Below are positions 59,651-64,000 of a stretch of 64,000 nucleotides of DNA, one piece after another (positions within the stretch are counted from its first letter, which is position 1; each line of letters begins with the position of its first letter). The notes under the pieces are model-generated. The model was not told where the DNA came from. It did no database searches and saw only the letters and a list, made by a program, of their open reading frames with translations. The translations under genes were made by a program, and so were the position numbers. Origin of the DNA: a bacterium (GTDB lineage Bacteria > Zhuqueibacterota > Zhuqueibacteria > Residuimicrobiales > Krinioviventaceae); the NCBI GenBank assembly GCA_963675755.2, contig CAXXMD010000002.1:64001-128000 (forward strand), given 5' to 3'.

Positions 59651-59936
59651 AATATATCTCCTCTATGTTAAGTTGTTCCGGGTTTACAAATTGTTTGTAA
59701 CCGGAGTAGAAATGATTATTGGTTGAATTTGGTTTTTTTAATTCACAATATAACCGCCCAACCCAACACTAAATATTTTTTTACCGATTCTATTATCGGT
59801 TCCATAGAAGAAATGTTCAATTTGGTGCAGGAGAAATATAACAGTAAGCAATGCTATACCATTCCCGAAATTGAATGAGATTCATTAAAAGTGATTAAAA
59901 AGCAGGATATTTTAATTAAATCAGGTTAAAAATATT

Positions 59937-60995
59937 TTAGCAAATCCGGGGGAGTTGTTCACCGCTGAATAGCTGTAGAATACGTCTGCTGCCATAAGCG
60001 TTTAAAAGAACGACCTGTGATGTTTTTGTGTTCAGTGTTTTTCCTATGGGGACCGTATTAGAACTGACAGGTATAGTTTTAAGTATTGACAGAGCTTTTT
60101 CTTGTTGTTCCTTAGGAAGAATGATAATAAATCGTCCTTCATTGGCAACATATTTAGGATCAAAACCAAGCAATTCACAAGCACCCCTGACCGGATCACA
60201 AACCGGGATAGATTCCTCATTGATTTCTATTGAATAATTTGAAGTTTCTGCCAGTTCAATGAGTGCCGCTGCCAGGCCCCCGCGTGTCAGGTCGCGCATA
60301 CAGTGAATGTCAAGGTTAGCGTTGATCAATGCCTTGACTGCTTGATGCAGGGGAGCACAATCGCTTTCCAGGTCTGTCTCAAATTCCAGGCCTTCTCTTT
60401 TAGCCATGACCGAAATTCCATGTCTGCCAATATCGCCGCTTAGCAGAATCGCATCTCCGGGTTTGATAGATGCGGGAGAAATTGTCAAACCATCCGGTAC
60501 AAAACCAATGCCGGTTGTGTTAATATAGATGCCATCACATTTCCCATGCTCTACAACTTTGGTATCGCCGGTTACTATAGAAACACCGCATTTTTCCGAG
60601 GCAAGTTTAATTGATGAAATGATCTGCCACAAGGTTTCTATTGCAAAACCTTCTTCAAGAATAAGCCCCAGACTGATATATTTGGGTATAGCGCCGCTCA
60701 TGCTCAAATCATTAACCGTTCCGTAGACTGCCAGTTCGCCAATATCTCCACCCGGAAAGAATAGGGGATGTATGACAAATGAGTCTGTGGTAAATGCAAT
60801 ACTACCGGATTCCACATTAATTACTGCGCTGTCATGGTCGCGTTCCAGTAAATCGTTTGAAAAAGCGGACCGAAACATGTCATTAATCAGCTGACGTGTG
60901 AGTCTGCCGCCGCCGCCGTGCGCCATTACAATATGTGGATATTTTTCAATGGGAATTGGGCATGAACCCGGATTTATTGTAGAATCGCCTGACAT
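59937..60995 (-). CDS. hypE: Hydrogenase maturation carbamoyl dehydratase HypE
   Basis: 'HGGGG', 'TTDSFV.PLFFPGGDIG', 'GDTKVV', 'RDLTRGG', C-terminal 'LPRIC'; start at 60995 (GAGGG RBS). Confidence 0.95.
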   Translation of the reverse strand: MSGDSTINPGSCPIPIEKYPHIVMAHGGGGRLTRQLINDMFRSAFSNDLLERDHDSAVINVESGSIAFTTDSFVIHPLFFPGGDIGELAVYGTVNDLSMSGAIPKYISLGLILEEGFAIETLWQIISSIKLASEKCGVSIVTGDTKVVEHGKCDGIYINTTGIGFVPDGLTISPASIKPGDAILLSGDIGRHGISVMAKREGLEFETDLESDCAPLHQAVKALINANLDIHCMRDLTRGGLAAALIELAETSNYSIEINEESIPVCDPVRGACELLGFDPKYVANEGRFIIILPKEQQEKALSILKTIPVSSNTVPIGKTLNTKTSQVVLLNAYGSRRILQLFSGEQLPRIC

Positions 60996-61009
60996 GTTTC
61001 CCTCAAGAG

Positions 61010-62107
61010 TTATACATTCGCTGCTAAATTCCGATAGTGATAATATGCCGCACAGGCACCTTCGGATGATACCATGGTTGCTCCCAATGGATGGTCTGGT
61101 GTGCATTCTGTTCCGAATGCAGGGCAATGGTCCGGCTTGTGAATTCCCTGCAATACCAACCCGCTGATACATATATCCGGGTCGGTGACAGGTTCTGTAT
61201 TCATTTGAAATCTGCGTTCCGCATCAAAGTGCTGAAAATTTTCAGCTAGTTTGAGACCGCTGTTTTGTATTGTGCCTATACCTCTCCAATTCCTGTCGGT
61301 AATTTTGAAAATTTGCTGCATCAATTCACGTGCAGAAACGTTCCCTTCTCGGATGACGGAGCGGGAATAGGGATTTTCGATTTTTGATTGTCCCTGTTCT
61401 AATTGTTTGACGCACAGATATATACCCTGTAAAAGATCGACCGGTTCAAAGCCGGTAACCACAATTGGGATTTTGAATTTTTTCACGATGGGTTCGTATT
61501 CATGGTAACCCATGACAGTGCAAACATGTCCCGCTGCTAAAAAACCCTGGATTGTATTGTGTGGGGACGAGAGCAGCAATTCTATTGCAGGTGGTACACG
61601 GACATGAGAAACCAGGAATTGCAGGTTGGGAATGCTTTGCTCATATGCCTGCCATACAGTCATGGCAACAGCAGGCGCGGTTGTTTCGAATCCCACTGCA
61701 AAAAAGATGATTTGTTTGTCCGGATTTTGTTTGGCAAGTTCTAATGCATCCATTGGAGAATAGACGATCCGTATATCTGCTCCTCTGGCTTTGACGGATA
61801 TCAGGTCCTGTGAACTGCCGGGCACACGAAGCATATCTCCAAATGAGGTAAATATAACATCAGGTAATTGTGCCAGTGCGATAGCTTTGTCAATCATGTT
61901 TAATGGCGTCACACATACCGGACAGCCGGGGCCATGCAGCAGGTTTATTTTTTCTTCAAGAAGCTGATCAATGCCATATTGCAGCAGGGCATGGGTTTGC
62001 CCTCCGCAAATTTCCATAATCGTCCATTTACGAGTGGCGGTTTGTAAGATTCGATCAATTCCGGTTTTAACGGCTTGAGGATCTCTATATTCTGAAATAA
62101 ATTTCAT
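61010..62107 (-). CDS. hypD: Hydrogenase maturation protein HypD
   Basis: 'MEICGGQTH', 'GPGCPVC', 'GFETTAP', '[11 protein letters not shown]'. Confidence 0.96.
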   Translation of the reverse strand: MKFISEYRDPQAVKTGIDRILQTATRKWTIMEICGGQTHALLQYGIDQLLEEKINLLHGPGCPVCVTPLNMIDKAIALAQLPDVIFTSFGDMLRVPGSSQDLISVKARGADIRIVYSPMDALELAKQNPDKQIIFFAVGFETTAPAVAMTVWQAYEQSIPNLQFLVSHVRVPPAIELLLSSPHNTIQGFLAAGHVCTVMGYHEYEPIVKKFKIPIVVTGFEPVDLLQGIYLCVKQLEQGQSKIENPYSRSVIREGNVSARELMQQIFKITDRNWRGIGTIQNSGLKLAENFQHFDAERRFQMNTEPVTDPDICISGLVLQGIHKPDHCPAFGTECTPDHPLGATMVSSEGACAAYYHYRNLAANV

Positions 62108-62349
62108 GATTCGTTCAGGTCTTTGGGCACCATTTCCTGAAAGATATCCAATATTTCCCGGGCATCCTCTTCTTTTAGAATTGTTATTGCAAACCCTGCA
62201 TGTACATTTACCCAGTCCCCGGGTTTAGCTTCCGGCACATAGCCCATATGTACGGATTTTACAATTCCATTAAAATCCACTTTGGCGGTTCGAGACATGG
62301 GTTCATCACCATGAATGTCTAATATTTTACCGGGTATAGCCAGACACAT
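62104..62349 (-). CDS. hypC: Hydrogenase maturation chaperone HypC
   Basis: 'MCLAIPG', '[12 protein letters not shown]'. Confidence 0.96.
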   Translation of the reverse strand: MCLAIPGKILDIHGDEPMSRTAKVDFNGIVKSVHMGYVPEAKPGDWVNVHAGFAITILKEEDAREILDIFQEMVPKDLNES

Positions 62350-62351
62350 GT

Positions 62352-64000
62352 TTACTCCTCATTAGATTTGAGAAATTGAGACGCATAAATTTGGCCGGTA
62401 CTGATGCCACCATCATTGGGCGGGATTTGTCGGTTCATGTACAAATGGTATCCCTTTTCAACAAGTAACAAGTGTACGCGGTCTGTCAGATACCGGTTCT
62501 GGAATGTGCCACCTGAAATAACGATTTGTTTGATCCCTGCAAGGTCTGCAATTTTGGTGATTGCTTTTGAAAGGGATATATGCACTTTTGCCGCGATAAT
62601 CTCAACCGAAACATGATTGCTTTTATCCTTTATGATTTCGAGAATCATGGGGCGCCAGTCAAATATGTATGTATCGTTTACTTTATTTATATCCAGGGAA
62701 TACCGTTCATAAAAGTCATCAATGGGCCAGGCTTTATATTCCAGACTAATAGCTGCATGCCCTTCGTATTGATTTACATGTTCAAGATCCAGCAGAGAGG
62801 ATATGGCATCAAATAATCTCCCTACACTGGATGTCATGGGGCAATTGATGTTTTTATCCAGCATGTCAAGTAAAAGTTGGTTGTTTTTTTTGTTCGAGTG
62901 GGCAGTGGGCAGTATTTCAAGGATTTTATCTCTGTCACTTTTGTAAAGGGTATGCAAAAGTCCGATTAGAGTCCTGAAAGGTTCTTTTACTGCCAAATCA
63001 CCTCCCGGTAGTGCAAATGGCAGAAAATGGGCAAAACGTTCATAACTATTCTGGTTGATTAAAATTGCTTCACCACCCCATATGGTTTCATCATCTCCAT
63101 AACCTGTGCCATCCCATGCAAAACCCAACACAGGCGGAGTAATGTTATGCTCTGCCATACACGAATAGATGTGGGCCGCATGATGCTGGACCTTAAGCCT
63201 GGTAATACCGGATTTCTCTGCATATTGTGATGATAAATAGTCAGGATGTTTGTCATGAATAATCAGCTCTGGGGTAATTTCATACATGTTGGCAAGATCT
63301 TTAATGCTTGTAGAAAAAGCATTGAATGCAGCTTCTGTTTCCAGATCACCTATGTGCTGGCTGGTAAAAAGTGTGTTTCCCTGAGAAATACTGATTGTAT
63401 TTTTTAAATGTCCACCCACTGCAAGGATAGAGTTGTAATGCGTTTTTCCGGTAATGGGTAATGGGGCGTATCCTCTTGCACGGCGCAGAATAGTAAGATC
63501 CGATGCAATGGTTTTGACTACCGAGTCATCCACGTGACGTGCAATGGGACGGTTATGCAACAAAAAGGCATCTGCTATATTTTTTAACCGCAAGAATGCT
63601 TCTTCATTATCAATACAAATGGGTTCTTCTGATATATTTCCGCTTGTGCAAATTACCGGACTGTTCATTTCTTTCATTAACAAATGATGCAATGGAGAAT
63701 AGGGCAGCATAGCACCGAGATAAGGATTATCAGGAGCGACGGATGGAGCCAGTTCTTTGTATGGGTCTTGTATTTTAAAAAGCAAAACGATAGGGGACTG
63801 GGCTGAAAGTAATGCCGCTTTTTCCTTGTCAGATATTCTGCAATATGCCTGAATTGAAGATAAATTGGGAAACATGACCGCGAAAGGTTTTGCTTCTCGT
63901 TGTTTGCGTTTCCGCAAACGATTGATTGTTTTCTCATTCCCCGCATCTGCCAGTAATTGGAACCCTCCAATACCTTTGACAGCAATAATTTTACCTTCTT
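62352..64000 (-). CDS. hypF: Carbamoyltransferase HypF, 5'-partial
   Basis: Frame continues to the window edge ('IAVKGIGGFQL'); 'KPFAVM', 'TSGN', 'RRARGYAP', 'QHH.AH', 'DGTGYG', 'PPNDGGI..GQ'. Confidence 0.95.
   Translation of the reverse strand, partial: EGKIIAVKGIGGFQLLADAGNEKTINRLRKRKQREAKPFAVMFPNLSSIQAYCRISDKEKAALLSAQSPIVLLFKIQDPYKELAPSVAPDNPYLGAMLPYSPLHHLLMKEMNSPVICTSGNISEEPICIDNEEAFLRLKNIADAFLLHNRPIARHVDDSVVKTIASDLTILRRARGYAPLPITGKTHYNSILAVGGHLKNTISISQGNTLFTSQHIGDLETEAAFNAFSTSIKDLANMYEITPELIIHDKHPDYLSSQYAEKSGITRLKVQHHAAHIYSCMAEHNITPPVLGFAWDGTGYGDDETIWGGEAILINQNSYERFAHFLPFALPGGDLAVKEPFRTLIGLLHTLYKSDRDKILEILPTAHSNKKNNQLLLDMLDKNINCPMTSSVGRLFDAISSLLDLEHVNQYEGHAAISLEYKAWPIDDFYERYSLDINKVNDTYIFDWRPMILEIIKDKSNHVSVEIIAAKVHISLSKAITKIADLAGIKQIVISGGTFQNRYLTDRVHLLLVEKGYHLYMNRQIPPNDGGISTGQIYASQFLKSNEE

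Noticed and set aside
59847-59862. Sigma54 promoter (minus strand TGGTATAGCATTGCT) upstream of the OMP gene
   Set aside because: GG-to-GC spacing is 9 nt, not the required 10.
60996-61172. N-terminal extension of HypE in the ORF track
   Set aside because: It overlaps the hypD 3' end, and an RBS supports the ATG at 60995.

Overview
AT-rich chromosomal segment, probably from an anaerobic FCB-related bacterium such as KSB1 or Calditrichota. This is inferred from three proteins with YPNPFNP/FlgD-Ig 'T9SS type A-like' C-terminal sorting domains, a CxxxY-type CcmE and Bacteroidetes-like hut genes. Left to right: (1) a CTD-bearing surface protein followed by a Wzx/Wzy polysaccharide locus with wza, a split wzc, an embedded XRE HTH, an ExeA-like ATPase, a BY-kinase lacking its Walker A lysine, a ligase/polymerase, a flippase, 2 GTs and 2 methyltransferases; (2) ccmE, a metallophosphoesterase, an SDR, a TonB-dependent receptor and thrH; (3) a two-gene surface module of an Fn3+CTD protein and a CTD-less FGE/Fib_succ_major protein, possibly joined by beta-strand donation; (4) hutU-ftcd-hutI-hutH; (5) a ~21 kb phosphoesterase/CAZyme cluster (GH16, 2xGH3, GH32, 2xGH92, two (alpha/alpha) barrel unknowns) with no SusC/D, containing an AT-rich lipoprotein gene bracketed by 77-bp palindromic direct repeats; (6) a DoxX fusion, an ECF sigma factor, a beta-helix CTD protein, CE15, a CapK-like ligase and an OMP; (7) hypF(partial)CDE. 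Three genes (ftcd, hutU, ECF sigma) carry single-base frameshifts in homopolymers, most likely read errors. I saw no rRNA, tRNA, CRISPR array, integrase, transposase or reverse transcriptase. All family calls come from motif recognition by eye; no database search was run.
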